From the IMG/VR virus record IMGVR_UViG_3300037466_003234: a DNA stretch of 64,000 bases; one strand, 5' to 3'. This DNA comes from a virus. Taxonomy: Duplodnaviria > Heunggongvirae > Uroviricota > Caudoviricetes. The translations under genes and the position numbers were made by a program. This document shows positions 1-9,520 of this stretch, in pieces (the stretch's first letter is position 1; every line of letters begins with the position of its first letter). The notes beneath the pieces were generated by a model. That model worked only from the letters and a program-made list of their open reading frames with translations, was not told the origin of the DNA and made no database searches.

Positions 1-60
1 ACAACAGCCTCGAAGAACTCATCGACTACTTGGACTCTCAAAGCAGACCAGCAAATTAAT

Positions 61-969
61 ATGGACGATACCGGCAAGAAACTTCTCAATTTGATGTTTC
101 GCGAGGGGGAGACTGTCTGTGTGAGCCCGAATAAGTACGGCTACCACAGCATCCCTCTCGAAGCCGCTATGGGCGACGAAAAGGTGATCCTGGTTCCTAC
201 GGAAGAATCCTGTAAAAAGCGCAATATCCCTTGGGATGACAAGGCTTGCGAGCATGTAGAGACCTCGGACCTCATCTTGGCGGCGTTAAATCCTATTGAA
301 GGCTTCAGAGAAGATAGAAACTGTAAGGCTTTTAGGAATTTCCTCATGGAAATGGACGTTGGACCTCTGAAAGAGCAGATTGCATATATCCAGAAGCTTG
401 GGCTTCCATATAGCGCTGCCGTGTTCAGTGGGGGCAAATCCATCCACTTCCTAGTGGCCTTGGAAGAGAACCTTGAGACCGAAGAGAGATGGAGGCACGT
501 CAATCACTGGATGCTTAGCATTTTAACGCTTGCAGACCAGAAGTGTCAGAATCCATCGAGAAGTATCCGTATCCCAGGAGCTTATCGTGAGAAAGATAAT
601 CCTGAGAAAAAGCAGCGTCTTGTTGAGGCAAAGGAACGTATTAAGTTTGCGGACCTCCTTGCCTGGCTTGAGAAGTTTCCAGAGGCAAAGCCTAAGCCAA
701 AGGAAAAGCGCGTAGTCAGCACAGAGGTCGATTTCGATAAGCTCAAACCTTGGGTCGTTAAAGCGTTAATTAACGGTCTCGATCCTAGGAAGGGTAGAAA
801 TCAGCAATGGTTTGCAATTGCATGCGATTTTGCTTTGGCAGGCTATACCGAAGATGATACGATGGATATACTATCGCGTTATTTTCAAGAAGATAGGGAT
901 TTTAAGGAACGTGAATGGAAGTCGGCAATTAAGTCGGGCTTCAAATACATTTACGCAAACAGGGGTTAA
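61..969 (+). CDS. Archaeo-eukaryotic primase (AEP/RepB-like) with C-terminal PriCT-like helical domain
   Basis: Motifs FLMEMD (acidic motif I), SGGKSIH (motif II) and DQKCQNPSRSIRIPG (motif III); helical C-terminus GRNQQWFAIA. Confidence 0.75.
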   Translation: MDDTGKKLLNLMFREGETVCVSPNKYGYHSIPLEAAMGDEKVILVPTEESCKKRNIPWDDKACEHVETSDLILAALNPIEGFREDRNCKAFRNFLMEMDVGPLKEQIAYIQKLGLPYSAAVFSGGKSIHFLVALEENLETEERWRHVNHWMLSILTLADQKCQNPSRSIRIPGAYREKDNPEKKQRLVEAKERIKFADLLAWLEKFPEAKPKPKEKRVVSTEVDFDKLKPWVVKALINGLDPRKGRNQQWFAIACDFALAGYTEDDTMDILSRYFQEDRDFKEREWKSAIKSGFKYIYANRG

Positions 970-970
970 A

Positions 971-1681
971 ATGTCTGAGCCGAATCATAAGCTAGATCAC
1001 ACACTTAAGGTAAAGACTGAAGATCTCGTCGATCAAGTCCATGAAAAGGATGTGGATTTGATCTCAAACCATATCTATCTTTTTGGCAGAGAAGAGTATC
1101 ACAGCGAAACAGGTGAGGAGCCAGGTGTCGAATACCTTATGGCAAATCGCTTTATTCGCAATCTGAACCTCTGCATGAGAGTTAATCCAGATACCCCAAT
1201 CGTTATCCACATGAAGACCTGTGGAGGCATTTGGGAAGAAGGAATGGCTATTTACGACGCAATCAAGTCTTGCCCATTCCCAGTCACTATTTTGTCATAT
1301 ACGCACGCTAGATCCATGTCCTCTTTGATCTTTCAGGCAGCAAATAAGCGCGTAATGATGCCCCATTCGATCTTTATGTTCCACGACGGCACGCTAGGCC
1401 TTGAGGGAACCGTGAAGCAGGTAACTAGCGCCGTTGAATTCGGTAAAGTCGCCGATGCTCAAATGATGGAAATCTACATCAATGCCATGAAAGAGCAGGG
1501 CAAATTCTGTAAACGCTCAAGAAAGTTCATTGCACAATGGATTCGCGAGCAAATGGATAAGAAGGAAGACGTATATCTTACGGCACATCAGGCTGTAGAG
1601 TACGGCTTTGCTGACGAGATCTTCGACTATAATTGGAAGAAATTAACCGATTATACCGAAGAGCAGATCCTTAGAGGTTAA
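971..1681 (+). CDS. clpP: ClpP-like serine protease subunit
   Basis: ARSMSS (Ser), MFHDG (His) and DVYLTAHQAVEYGFADEI (Asp region) match ClpP. ATG at 971 directly follows the primase stop; the track's 812 start is an upstream extension. Confidence 0.85.
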   Translation: MSEPNHKLDHTLKVKTEDLVDQVHEKDVDLISNHIYLFGREEYHSETGEEPGVEYLMANRFIRNLNLCMRVNPDTPIVIHMKTCGGIWEEGMAIYDAIKSCPFPVTILSYTHARSMSSLIFQAANKRVMMPHSIFMFHDGTLGLEGTVKQVTSAVEFGKVADAQMMEIYINAMKEQGKFCKRSRKFIAQWIREQMDKKEDVYLTAHQAVEYGFADEIFDYNWKKLTDYTEEQILRG

Positions 1682-1682
1682 T

Positions 1683-1814
1683 ATGAGTAAAGAAGAAAAG
1701 GAAATTGTGCATTGTCCATCGTCATGCCCAGGCTGCGCTTGCCATATCAGCCCGCCATGCTGGCATTGCACTGAAGGGCATGGGTTCCCAGTAGACGAGG
1801 TTGAAAATGAGTAA
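1683..1814 (+). CDS. 43-aa Cys/His-rich small protein (not in ORF track)
   Basis: Read by hand: MSKEEKEIVHCPSSCPGCACHISPPCWHCTEGHGFPVDEVENE*; fills the gap between neighbours and overlaps the next ATG. Confidence 0.65.
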   Translation: MSKEEKEIVHCPSSCPGCACHISPPCWHCTEGHGFPVDEVENE

Positions 1815-2565
1815 AATATCTCTGACAGATATAACAGCATATCCAAAGGAAATGTTCGAAGGTGTGGTTTGTCGCGCCTGCAACAATACCGGGATAGAAC
1901 TTCTTGGCGGACCATGCACCTGTGGAGGTATGTATGGAAAGCCAGCTAAGTCTGACGAGCCGTTAATTGAGAAATTAACGGAGTTTGAAACCAAGTACCG
2001 CGTGGAAGCTCACCTTTTGACGGAATTCAAAAGGATCGTGGGAAGCCTCGCCGGGCTTGAGAAGTTTATTTACGTGGAAGGGCCTGACTACTACTTCACC
2101 AAGAAGGATGGCAGCTTTGCTCGCTATCGTAGACCAAGCCATGGACTCGACAATGGTCGCTCAGAAGTGACGATCAAGGTCAAACCGGAGGGGGCAAAAA
2201 ATAACATTGTCAGAAAAGAAGTCAATTGGCGCGTGGATGCTACTCCTGAAGATGCTATCCGTGAAGGTCTTAGTCTCATGGGGTACACCCCGAACTTCTC
2301 AATCTGGAAAGGATGTCATATCTACACCTTTCAAGATGCGACTCTGGTCTTTTACACCGTCTTCGACACGACAGACGGTAAAGCTAGTAAGGCCGACAGT
2401 TTTGTGGAGATCGAAGTCTGTGAGGAGAAGGTTTCAGAGTTAACGCACGATCAGGCGATGGAAATCATCGTTAAATACGAAGAGGCTATGGCAGACCTAG
2501 GCATTACGGCTCGCCATCGTCTTAAGAAGTCCTTATTTGAGATGTATAGGAGAGATTCAAAATGA
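1807..2565 (+). CDS. CYTH-domain (triphosphate tunnel metalloenzyme) protein with N-terminal CxxC..CxC extension
   Basis: EFETKYR is the ExExK CYTH signature; downstream DYYF, ARYR, EVTIK, RKEVN and FVEIEV; N-terminal CRACNNTG...PCTCGG. Confidence 0.75.
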   Translation: MSKISLTDITAYPKEMFEGVVCRACNNTGIELLGGPCTCGGMYGKPAKSDEPLIEKLTEFETKYRVEAHLLTEFKRIVGSLAGLEKFIYVEGPDYYFTKKDGSFARYRRPSHGLDNGRSEVTIKVKPEGAKNNIVRKEVNWRVDATPEDAIREGLSLMGYTPNFSIWKGCHIYTFQDATLVFYTVFDTTDGKASKADSFVEIEVCEEKVSELTHDQAMEIIVKYEEAMADLGITARHRLKKSLFEMYRRDSK

Positions 2566-2741
2566 AGCACTTTTTGGTTTTATTGGCTATGGGGCTTGCC
2601 TCATCGTTCTTCACAGGGTCGATCTGGGCAGCCGGATCTCTTCACGTCGGAATGATATATTCCATCATTGGGTTTCCAGCCATTCTAGTGACGAGCATTG
2701 CTGGGGCGTTTTACTGCGAGAAATTAACAAGGAAGGTATAG
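2562..2741 (+). CDS. 59-aa two-helix membrane protein (not in ORF track)
   Basis: MKHFLVLLAMGLASSFFTGSIWAAGSLHVGMIYSIIGFPAILVTSIAGAFYCEKLTRKV*; ATGA overlap with the CYTH gene; the track's 2537 frame looks spurious. Confidence 0.65.
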   Translation: MKHFLVLLAMGLASSFFTGSIWAAGSLHVGMIYSIIGFPAILVTSIAGAFYCEKLTRKV

Positions 2742-2742
2742 C

Positions 2743-3765
2743 ATGACAGATAACGAAAGCAACGAGTACGAAATCGACTTTAGCGATATTGACGATTTCA
2801 TTGAGGCAGCAGACGCTTTTAAGGAAACCAAAGCAGGAAGAGTGAGAGCATTACGCGACCTAGAAGACGCGCTAGAAAAAGAGGAAGACGAAAAAGTGAA
2901 ACCAGGAACACCAACGCAATACGCAATTTACGGCGCCGGCTACATGCCGACCACGCAAACCATTAAGTCCCTTGAGTCAGGCTGCTACGACATCAGGGCC
3001 GATCAGAACGGCGTTTTCGTTGTTCCTACCCCAAAGCCAACTGGAATCTTGCTTGAGCTTCCAGAAATGCGCTCCGAAGAAGTCATTAAGACCGTGGAGC
3101 GCTTCTGGGATAGTGAAAAAGACTATAAGGAAGGTAACGATTTCGTTATGGGCGGCGCAGCTTTCAAAGCTGGCGTCATGATCTACGGACCTCCAGGCAC
3201 CGGCAAGTCCTGTACGATCAAAATCGTGTCCGATAAGCTCGTTAAGAAGGGTGGAACGGTCTTCTTTGGCCACACTCATCCAAACATCATCATGAGTTTC
3301 TTAGGAGATTTCGCAAAAATAGAACCAAATCGCAAATCGATCGTAATCCTAGAAGATATTGACTCCCTTGTAAACAACTACGGTGAGGCTGGCTTCCTTG
3401 AGATGTTGGACTCCGCAAAAACGGTGGACAATGTACTTTTTATTGCTACGACTAACTATCCAGAACGCCTTGACCCGCGTATTTATAATCGCCCTGGTCG
3501 CTTTAGCCATGTCATCAAAATTGGTCTCCCTGGCGAAGAGGCGCGTAAAGCGTACCTTAAGGCTATCCTTAAGGACCATCGCGATGTTGAAGAGATCGTA
3601 ACCAATACCGACGGCTTCACGATCGACCACTTGACCGCGTTAATTAACGCTGTCTATCGCGAAAAGAAGTCTCTTAAGACTGAAATTGCACGTCTAAAGA
3701 AGCTCTTCACGGTTAAGCCATCGTCTGACGAAGGCAAAAGGAACGTGGGCTTTGGCTGGGAATAA
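2743..3765 (+). CDS. Single-module classic AAA+ ATPase (FtsH/BCS1/Cdc48-like clade)
   Basis: Walker A GPPGTGKS, Walker B IVILEDID, second region of homology TTNYPERLDPRIYNRPGRF. Confidence 0.9.
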   Translation: MTDNESNEYEIDFSDIDDFIEAADAFKETKAGRVRALRDLEDALEKEEDEKVKPGTPTQYAIYGAGYMPTTQTIKSLESGCYDIRADQNGVFVVPTPKPTGILLELPEMRSEEVIKTVERFWDSEKDYKEGNDFVMGGAAFKAGVMIYGPPGTGKSCTIKIVSDKLVKKGGTVFFGHTHPNIIMSFLGDFAKIEPNRKSIVILEDIDSLVNNYGEAGFLEMLDSAKTVDNVLFIATTNYPERLDPRIYNRPGRFSHVIKIGLPGEEARKAYLKAILKDHRDVEEIVTNTDGFTIDHLTALINAVYREKKSLKTEIARLKKLFTVKPSSDEGKRNVGFGWE

Positions 3766-4129
3766 GTTTCAGGATGCTCTCGACGAGCATTCGGTCAATT
3801 CTAGTGAGCGACGACAAGGTAAGGACATGAGTGCCTCCGAAGTCGCCGCTCACTTCGGGGAAGAAGTTCCAGTGGAAAAGCCAATGACCGAGGAAGATCT
3901 CTACGCCATCGCTGCACGCGTTAAAAACGCAGCTAGGATGTCGGTAGGCGGGAACTTAACGGCTACAGGAGAGCAGCTCTGTAATTCGTTTGTTCACCTC
4001 TTTAAGGCTTTTTACGACTTCGCCGATACTCTCAATGATAAAGATAAGGAAAGACTTAAGGAGTTAGTGCGTAGTCAGGAGATTGTTCCTGGCGATTTTA
4101 TCGCGATGGCTACGCCAAAAAGAAAATGA
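3752..4129 (+). CDS. Hypothetical protein (probable start ATG 3827)
   Basis: Operon context; AAGG RBS before ATG 3827; ATGA overlap with the next gene. Confidence 0.6.
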   Translation: MAGNKFQDALDEHSVNSSERRQGKDMSASEVAAHFGEEVPVEKPMTEEDLYAIAARVKNAARMSVGGNLTATGEQLCNSFVHLFKAFYDFADTLNDKDKERLKELVRSQEIVPGDFIAMATPKRK

Positions 4130-4308
4130 TCGAAGTTCCATACGAAGTAACCATTAAGGGCTCTCCGCACATGGGAAGACAGATCTTTTGGGCCTATAAA
4201 CGATCAAAAGCCGTCCATAAGGCGTGGCTTGCAGCAAAAGATGCCGGCTATAAGATTCCTTGGACTGACTTCAGGGCTATCAGGATCTCGTTTGCGGAGG
4301 CTTTGTGA
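4126..4308 (+). CDS. Hypothetical 60-aa protein
   Basis: 4-bp overlaps at both ends. Confidence 0.6.
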   Translation: MIEVPYEVTIKGSPHMGRQIFWAYKRSKAVHKAWLAAKDAGYKIPWTDFRAIRISFAEAL

Positions 4309-5306
4309 CCAAGTACGACTTGACGTGGGGTGAAGCTGTAGCCATTAGAAAGGCCTTTCTGGGCGTTAATTTTGGCGAGTCTGTTAATTTTGGTCGCGAA
4401 GAGCTTATGGCCATGGACTATACGCCCTTCAGTGGCGATGAAAAGCTTATTGAAGAGACCGCTAAAATCATCAAAAGACAGACTGGGATGACCTATGACC
4501 ACATCTTTTTGACCAATGGGGCCGCAGGTGGTTGTACGATCGCCATGCGTGCCTACGCCAAAACTGGCACCGTTGGAGTGATCACCAATCCTCCTCCGTA
4601 CTTCTCTATCTATCCAACAATGATAAGTGCGGCAGGGTTAAGGCATGTTACGACGCAGAGGAGCTATAATGGTTCCAAACCACATGTAACCCTGCTCGAC
4701 TCTCCATCAAACCCTACTGGTCAGATCACAGACCCTCCTCATTGGGCTATGGCTGAGGATGTTATTTGGGATAGCGTCTATCATACCGCTGCCTACTGCT
4801 CGTTAATTCTTCCTGCGCCTGAACACGACGTTGTTGTTGGGAGCTACAGTAAGCTCACTGGCCTTAATGGGCTCAGACTGGGCTGGATTGCGACCGATAA
4901 CGACTATTTGGCAGGTATCATTGAGAAGCTAGTAGCTGCAGAGTATTGCGGCCTCAGTCGCCCATCCAAAGTGATCCTAAAGTACATTTTAGACCTTTAT
5001 AACGAAGATCCAGATCGTAATTGGGGCATGTTTGAACAGTGCGCAAGAAAGTATCTTAACAATAACCGCACCGAATGGTCAAAGCTTGAGAAGTTCTTCC
5101 ATGGAACGGCGGTTCCTGCCAACGGTATGTTCTATTATGCCCACATGGACGCAGCTTGTAAGCGCCTAATGGAAAAGGCAGGAGTAGGCTATCAGCTCGG
5201 AAGTAAGTGTGGAACTGACGATGGTTTTGGTCGATTTAACATTGGCCAAGACTGTGATCTTGTAAGAGAAGCCGTTAAATCGGTATTAAAAGCTGATAAG
5301 ATTTAA
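4305..5306 (+). CDS. PLP-dependent aminotransferase/decarboxylase, fold type I (class I/II)
   Basis: LTNGAAGG, SPSNPTG, WDSVYH and SYSKLTGLNGLRLGW (PLP lysine); RFNIG near the C-terminus. Confidence 0.85.
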   Translation: MTKYDLTWGEAVAIRKAFLGVNFGESVNFGREELMAMDYTPFSGDEKLIEETAKIIKRQTGMTYDHIFLTNGAAGGCTIAMRAYAKTGTVGVITNPPPYFSIYPTMISAAGLRHVTTQRSYNGSKPHVTLLDSPSNPTGQITDPPHWAMAEDVIWDSVYHTAAYCSLILPAPEHDVVVGSYSKLTGLNGLRLGWIATDNDYLAGIIEKLVAAEYCGLSRPSKVILKYILDLYNEDPDRNWGMFEQCARKYLNNNRTEWSKLEKFFHGTAVPANGMFYYAHMDAACKRLMEKAGVGYQLGSKCGTDDGFGRFNIGQDCDLVREAVKSVLKADKI

Positions 5307-5360
5307 TCCCATCGCTTTAAATAATTCGTTCATCAAACAATAAAGCTCAATAAAGAAAAC

Positions 5361-5391
5361 GGCCATCATAATCGATAAAATTATGATGGCC
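5361..5391. terminator. Bidirectional intrinsic terminator at the convergent junction
   Basis: Perfect 12-bp stem GGCCATCATAAT-7-ATTATGATGGCC with A-rich left flank and T-rich right flank, between convergent genes. Confidence 0.75.
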
Positions 5392-5415
5392 GCATTTCTA
5401 TTATTCATATGCTAA

Positions 5416-6450
5416 TTAGTCGCCGATTTTGCTGACACTCACATAGTTATATGGCGCACCAGAACTTAGTGTTCCGACGCCAACGATTGTGAGCACGTCG
5501 CCGACAGATAGTTTAACGACACAGCTACCGTTGAACATTCCGCTAACTGCGGAAGGCTGTTCATGAATACGCTTGATTTGAGCACCATTCTTATAGAGTT
5601 CAGCGCGACCGTTACCGCCATTGTAATAGCAGGCAACTTGAACAAGGTACTTACCAGCGACCTTACAGGTGATCTGACCGTTAGAGGTGTTGATCATGCC
5701 AAGATCGTCGGTTTCAGCAGTATTCCAAACGATAGTCGTGCCCGCGCCAAGGGATGGGTTGGTGCTGCAAGATGCAGCTGCGACAGCTGTCGTAGGAGCC
5801 TGAACCATCAAGGAAGAACTAACGTTAGTGGTCGAGTAGAACTCTTCCACAATAATAATTCCTGATCCGCCGTTACCACCGGAATTGCTTCCGTAAATAG
5901 CGCCTGCACCGCCTGCGCCAGAGTTAGCGTAAGCAGAGTGTCCGCCGTAACCCTGAGCACCGCCGCCGAACACGCCTGCACCGCCTGCGCCTGCGCGAGT
6001 TGCTGGGCTCGTGCCACCGCCGGCAGTCGTACCGCCGTTACCGCTGATAGCAATGCCTAGACCCTGGCCGTTAAGAGTTGCCGTTCCGCCGCCACCACCG
6101 CCGTTACCGATAGCTTGGCCACCGATACCGCCAGTAGCCTGAGCGAGTCCGAAAGTGGTCGTGCCGCCAGTACCACCTGTCGAGCCAGCGCCGCCGCCTG
6201 AGCCGCCCGCGCCTACGCTATAAACGTAAGATGTTGATGGGTTATTGATAATAAATTCACAATAACCGCCAGCGCCGCCGCCGTCACCACAGTAAGATCC
6301 GTTAGATCCACCACCGCCACCGCCACCGCCAACCATTCTAACACGGATATATAGGCAGTTTGCGGGCGTAATATAAGTGCCGGAGCCAGACAAAAACTTC
6401 TGCTCGGTAGGAACCGCCCCGGTTCCGTATGTTAAATTGGTAATTGCCAT
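5416..6450 (-). CDS. Gly-rich tail fibre/receptor-binding protein with C-terminal C1q-like domain
   Basis: Phage Gly-rich domain (VRMVGGGGGGG...GGGAGGY...VGAGG); C-terminal IVWN...NGQITCKVAGKYLV...LYKNG...KLSVGDVL is a C1q/TNF-like jelly roll. Confidence 0.7.
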   Translation of the reverse strand: MAITNLTYGTGAVPTEQKFLSGSGTYITPANCLYIRVRMVGGGGGGGGSNGSYCGDGGGAGGYCEFIINNPSTSYVYSVGAGGSGGGAGSTGGTGGTTTFGLAQATGGIGGQAIGNGGGGGGTATLNGQGLGIAISGNGGTTAGGGTSPATRAGAGGAGVFGGGAQGYGGHSAYANSGAGGAGAIYGSNSGGNGGSGIIIVEEFYSTTNVSSSLMVQAPTTAVAAASCSTNPSLGAGTTIVWNTAETDDLGMINTSNGQITCKVAGKYLVQVACYYNGGNGRAELYKNGAQIKRIHEQPSAVSGMFNGSCVVKLSVGDVLTIVGVGTLSSGAPYNYVSVSKIGD

Positions 6451-6474
6451 GACGGTAATTCCTTAAGTTGTTAA

Positions 6475-6828
6475 TTAAGCGCCGATGATAGCTGCGATTT
6501 CAGACTCAGAAAGACCTAGTGCTGCGAGCTTTGACTTAGCAGATGCTTTTGCAGCAGCGGAAGCTGCGGCTTCTTCAGCCTTACGCTCTTCAGCGGTCTT
6601 ATAGTTCTTAGCTTCGTCGGAAGTTTCATCGAGAGCTTCCCAATGAGCGTTAATTGCGTCCTTAACGTCTTGGGTTGGCTCTTCAAGGAACCAAAGCTGA
6701 AGCTTAGCGCTTGCGCAGTTACCGCAATACTTGTCTCCAGCATTAGCTTTCATCCAGGCTTCGACAGTGTTCATGTCTACGTTGAATGATTTCCAATCGA
6801 GTTCCATACAGAATTGTGCTTGTGCCAT
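6475..6828 (-). CDS. Putative fibre assembly chaperone
   Basis: Small protein between fibre genes ending AKSKLAALGLSESEIAAIIG, a common phage fibre-chaperone-like tail. Confidence 0.5.
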   Translation of the reverse strand: MAQAQFCMELDWKSFNVDMNTVEAWMKANAGDKYCGNCASAKLQLWFLEEPTQDVKDAINAHWEALDETSDEAKNYKTAEERKAEEAAASAAAKASAKSKLAALGLSESEIAAIIGA

Positions 6829-6853
6829 TTTATTTTCTCCTTAAATTAACGAA

Positions 6854-9499
6854 TTAAACTTCTTCTACGACCAAAGCGGCATAATTGGCCGCGACGTTAC
6901 CAGTGCTCGTATTTACGTACCAATAAACATCGATTTTATGAGTGCCAGCAGGCAACAAACCGGTCCATACGTTACAGGTTGCCTCGTTATATCCCGCTGA
7001 CGCAGATTGAGGATAGTTGTATCCACCAGCCTGAACTCCGTTAACGTAAATAGTAGTGATGATGGCACCGCCTCCGGCATTGTTATAGACCATGCCCGCA
7101 AAGGAAGCTTTAACCCTTCCGCCGCTGGTCTTGAGCGTGACGCTCAATCCAGGCATAGGAACTGGCGATGTAGAGGTAGTGGTTCCGCCAGTAGCAAGTG
7201 CTTGCGCCCACGCTTTTTGAGCAGGCAATGCGTCTTTAGTAGGAGTAGTCTTACGATTATCGCTAATAGCGCAAGACCCTACCGTAAGAGTGTTTTGTAG
7301 ATCACCATACAAGTTGGACTTAACAGAATGAATTGGCGTAATAATGTCGATTGCATCTGCAAATAAGTTGTTACCGCTATTATAGGTGACCTTTAGAGTG
7401 TGAAGACCAAGTGATAGTCCGGTGATCGACAAGCTTACAGGCACGTTACCGCTTGATGTGGAGAGCACTAATGCGCCAGTAGACGAGTTAAATGTTGACG
7501 TTGTTCCAGAAGCGTTGAGCGAAGTGAACGCGCCAGATCCAGCTATGTTGGTGCTTCCGTCAAGCGATACGGTCGCATTACAAGCCACGGACTGAGCCAA
7601 GAAACGAAGGTCTGCACCAGTTCCAAAAAACGTGTAAGTGAAATATGACGATGCGGAGCCGGTATTGAAATTATTACCCGATGCAAAGTTCAAAGTATCG
7701 ACGCCTGGAGCAGACCAAGTGCCTACATACGTGAACTCGCGATTGGACATTTTTCTCAATACGCCACTAGAAATTGGTCCAATTCCGGTGGAAGTGTTGG
7801 CGACATACGTAGCCATCACGTTGTAATCAGCCAGTTCTACGCAACCCGATGGAAGCGAAGGCTTCTTAGGCTGATGTACGTTAAAAGCAATGATCCCAGG
7901 AGCGTTTGCTGCAAACGTGGATCTAACGAATTTAACCACATGGCTTCCGTAAGGAAGACCGGATACGATCTTTTCGATTCTTTTATTGGTAGTTGCAGTT
8001 AGATTCAAGTTGCCTACACTCACGCCGTCAATAAAGACTGTAGTGGTGTCGGCAGCGCCGTTACCTGGATCTTGGCGAAGAATGTCAAGCCCAGTTCCAA
8101 TGAACGTGAAATAGGTCCAAGAGCCAGAGGCGCTATTGTATAGGGAGGTTTGATTAGCAGTTCCGAGAGAGTTGCCTCCGAGCGTAGTTACTCCGTCATC
8201 GAGAGTGAAAGCTACGTTTGCGCCAGATGAGGCTGTCATAGAGCCCAAATCATCGGAGCGGCCTGCGCCGAACTCGCGCCAGTTATACGAGCGGACCATT
8301 TCTTCGTTCGTATGGTCAGCGGAGGTCAAATAAGCTGCGGCAGAATTAACTGCTTGGAAAGCTTGTCCAATAGAGCCGTCAGACTTTTGATAAACAAGAA
8401 CACGTCCGCCACGAATGCCGGTTACAACGCTACTGTATGAAAACAAGCTTTGAGCAGAAGAAACGTATTTCTGGCCCTTAAGATAAGAAACGCCTGGATT
8501 GACCTTAACTTGTGCAGACTCGTTAAGAATTTCAAAGCCGTGAAAGTTAAAGTTACCAGCATTTCTGCGGATCTTGACGGTATGAACACCGAGAGTTAGT
8601 CCAGAAACTACCGGAGTAACTTGATTGGCTGAATAGTTTCTTGACGCTATAATCGAAGAAGGATTAGCGCCAATGTAGCTGCTAGCAGCTTCAGCGCCAC
8701 CGTCAACAGATACTCTGTAGTCAGGCGTCGTTCCGTCAAAGCGGTGTAGCGCGTTAAGTCCGGTTCCATAGAACGTGATCTCGATGAAGTCGGTAGTATT
8801 GGTCGTTAATTGAACGTACTGACCGCCGCTATCCGAAATAACGCTAGGAGCGCCAGAAACAAGGCGGACCTGTCCGTAAGTATCGTTATAAACACCGTAA
8901 ACAGCTTCACCGTTAGGTCCGATTTCATTTTGAAGCTGAAAATACTGCTGGCACGCGATACGTTCAACGCCCATTTGGGCCTTGAGGTTTTGGGTCAAAT
9001 CAACGATCGGTGCGCGATTTTGGATAGACGAATAGAACTTGCCCGAAGCAGGAGTTCCAGTACTAGAAGTTGCCGTCAAAAACATATTTTGGGCTACGAA
9101 GGCCTGGAAGGACTGGTCTAGATAGTCGTAAGCCGAAACGAAACGGTTGTCAGTTAGGAATTCAGACTCTTTCTTAAGACCCATCTTATGGGCCTGAATG
9201 TTAAGTCCAGAGACCAAAGACTGATTTAACGTTACCTGGGAAGAGGTGCCATCAGCCGCAACTGACGTGAAAGTGTAGTCGGCAGACGATCCAAGCGTTA
9301 ATTTCTTACCGTCAACGAAAAGGAAGAAGATATCGGTATTGGTCGTATCAACCGAAAAAGTGAGGTTAATTACCGTCTGAGCCGACGTAGACGTAGCATA
9401 ATAGCTAGAGATTACAGGCTGTTGCGGTGCAAACGGTAAATCGTTAGCTGTCGATTTCTTAACGTTTGCTTTACTATTGAGAGCTTGCGTAATTGGCAT
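6854..9499 (-). CDS. Virion fibre/adhesin protein, paralog 1 (881 aa, three beta-sandwich repeats)
   Basis: Three TFxGTG..DG..GLxxGxHxxK modules; clear homology to 9543-11822 and 11832-15710. Confidence 0.7.
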   Translation of the reverse strand: MPITQALNSKANVKKSTANDLPFAPQQPVISSYYATSTSAQTVINLTFSVDTTNTDIFFLFVDGKKLTLGSSADYTFTSVAADGTSSQVTLNQSLVSGLNIQAHKMGLKKESEFLTDNRFVSAYDYLDQSFQAFVAQNMFLTATSSTGTPASGKFYSSIQNRAPIVDLTQNLKAQMGVERIACQQYFQLQNEIGPNGEAVYGVYNDTYGQVRLVSGAPSVISDSGGQYVQLTTNTTDFIEITFYGTGLNALHRFDGTTPDYRVSVDGGAEAASSYIGANPSSIIASRNYSANQVTPVVSGLTLGVHTVKIRRNAGNFNFHGFEILNESAQVKVNPGVSYLKGQKYVSSAQSLFSYSSVVTGIRGGRVLVYQKSDGSIGQAFQAVNSAAAYLTSADHTNEEMVRSYNWREFGAGRSDDLGSMTASSGANVAFTLDDGVTTLGGNSLGTANQTSLYNSASGSWTYFTFIGTGLDILRQDPGNGAADTTTVFIDGVSVGNLNLTATTNKRIEKIVSGLPYGSHVVKFVRSTFAANAPGIIAFNVHQPKKPSLPSGCVELADYNVMATYVANTSTGIGPISSGVLRKMSNREFTYVGTWSAPGVDTLNFASGNNFNTGSASSYFTYTFFGTGADLRFLAQSVACNATVSLDGSTNIAGSGAFTSLNASGTTSTFNSSTGALVLSTSSGNVPVSLSITGLSLGLHTLKVTYNSGNNLFADAIDIITPIHSVKSNLYGDLQNTLTVGSCAISDNRKTTPTKDALPAQKAWAQALATGGTTTSTSPVPMPGLSVTLKTSGGRVKASFAGMVYNNAGGGAIITTIYVNGVQAGGYNYPQSASAGYNEATCNVWTGLLPAGTHKIDVYWYVNTSTGNVAANYAALVVEEV

Positions 9500-9520
9500 A
9501 TTCTACTTCCCTATATATCG

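Noticed and set aside
5297-5303. Extra AATCTTA motif on the minus strand at the end of the aminotransferase gene
   Set aside because: No gene start downstream on that strand; a 7-mer is expected by chance in 64 kb.
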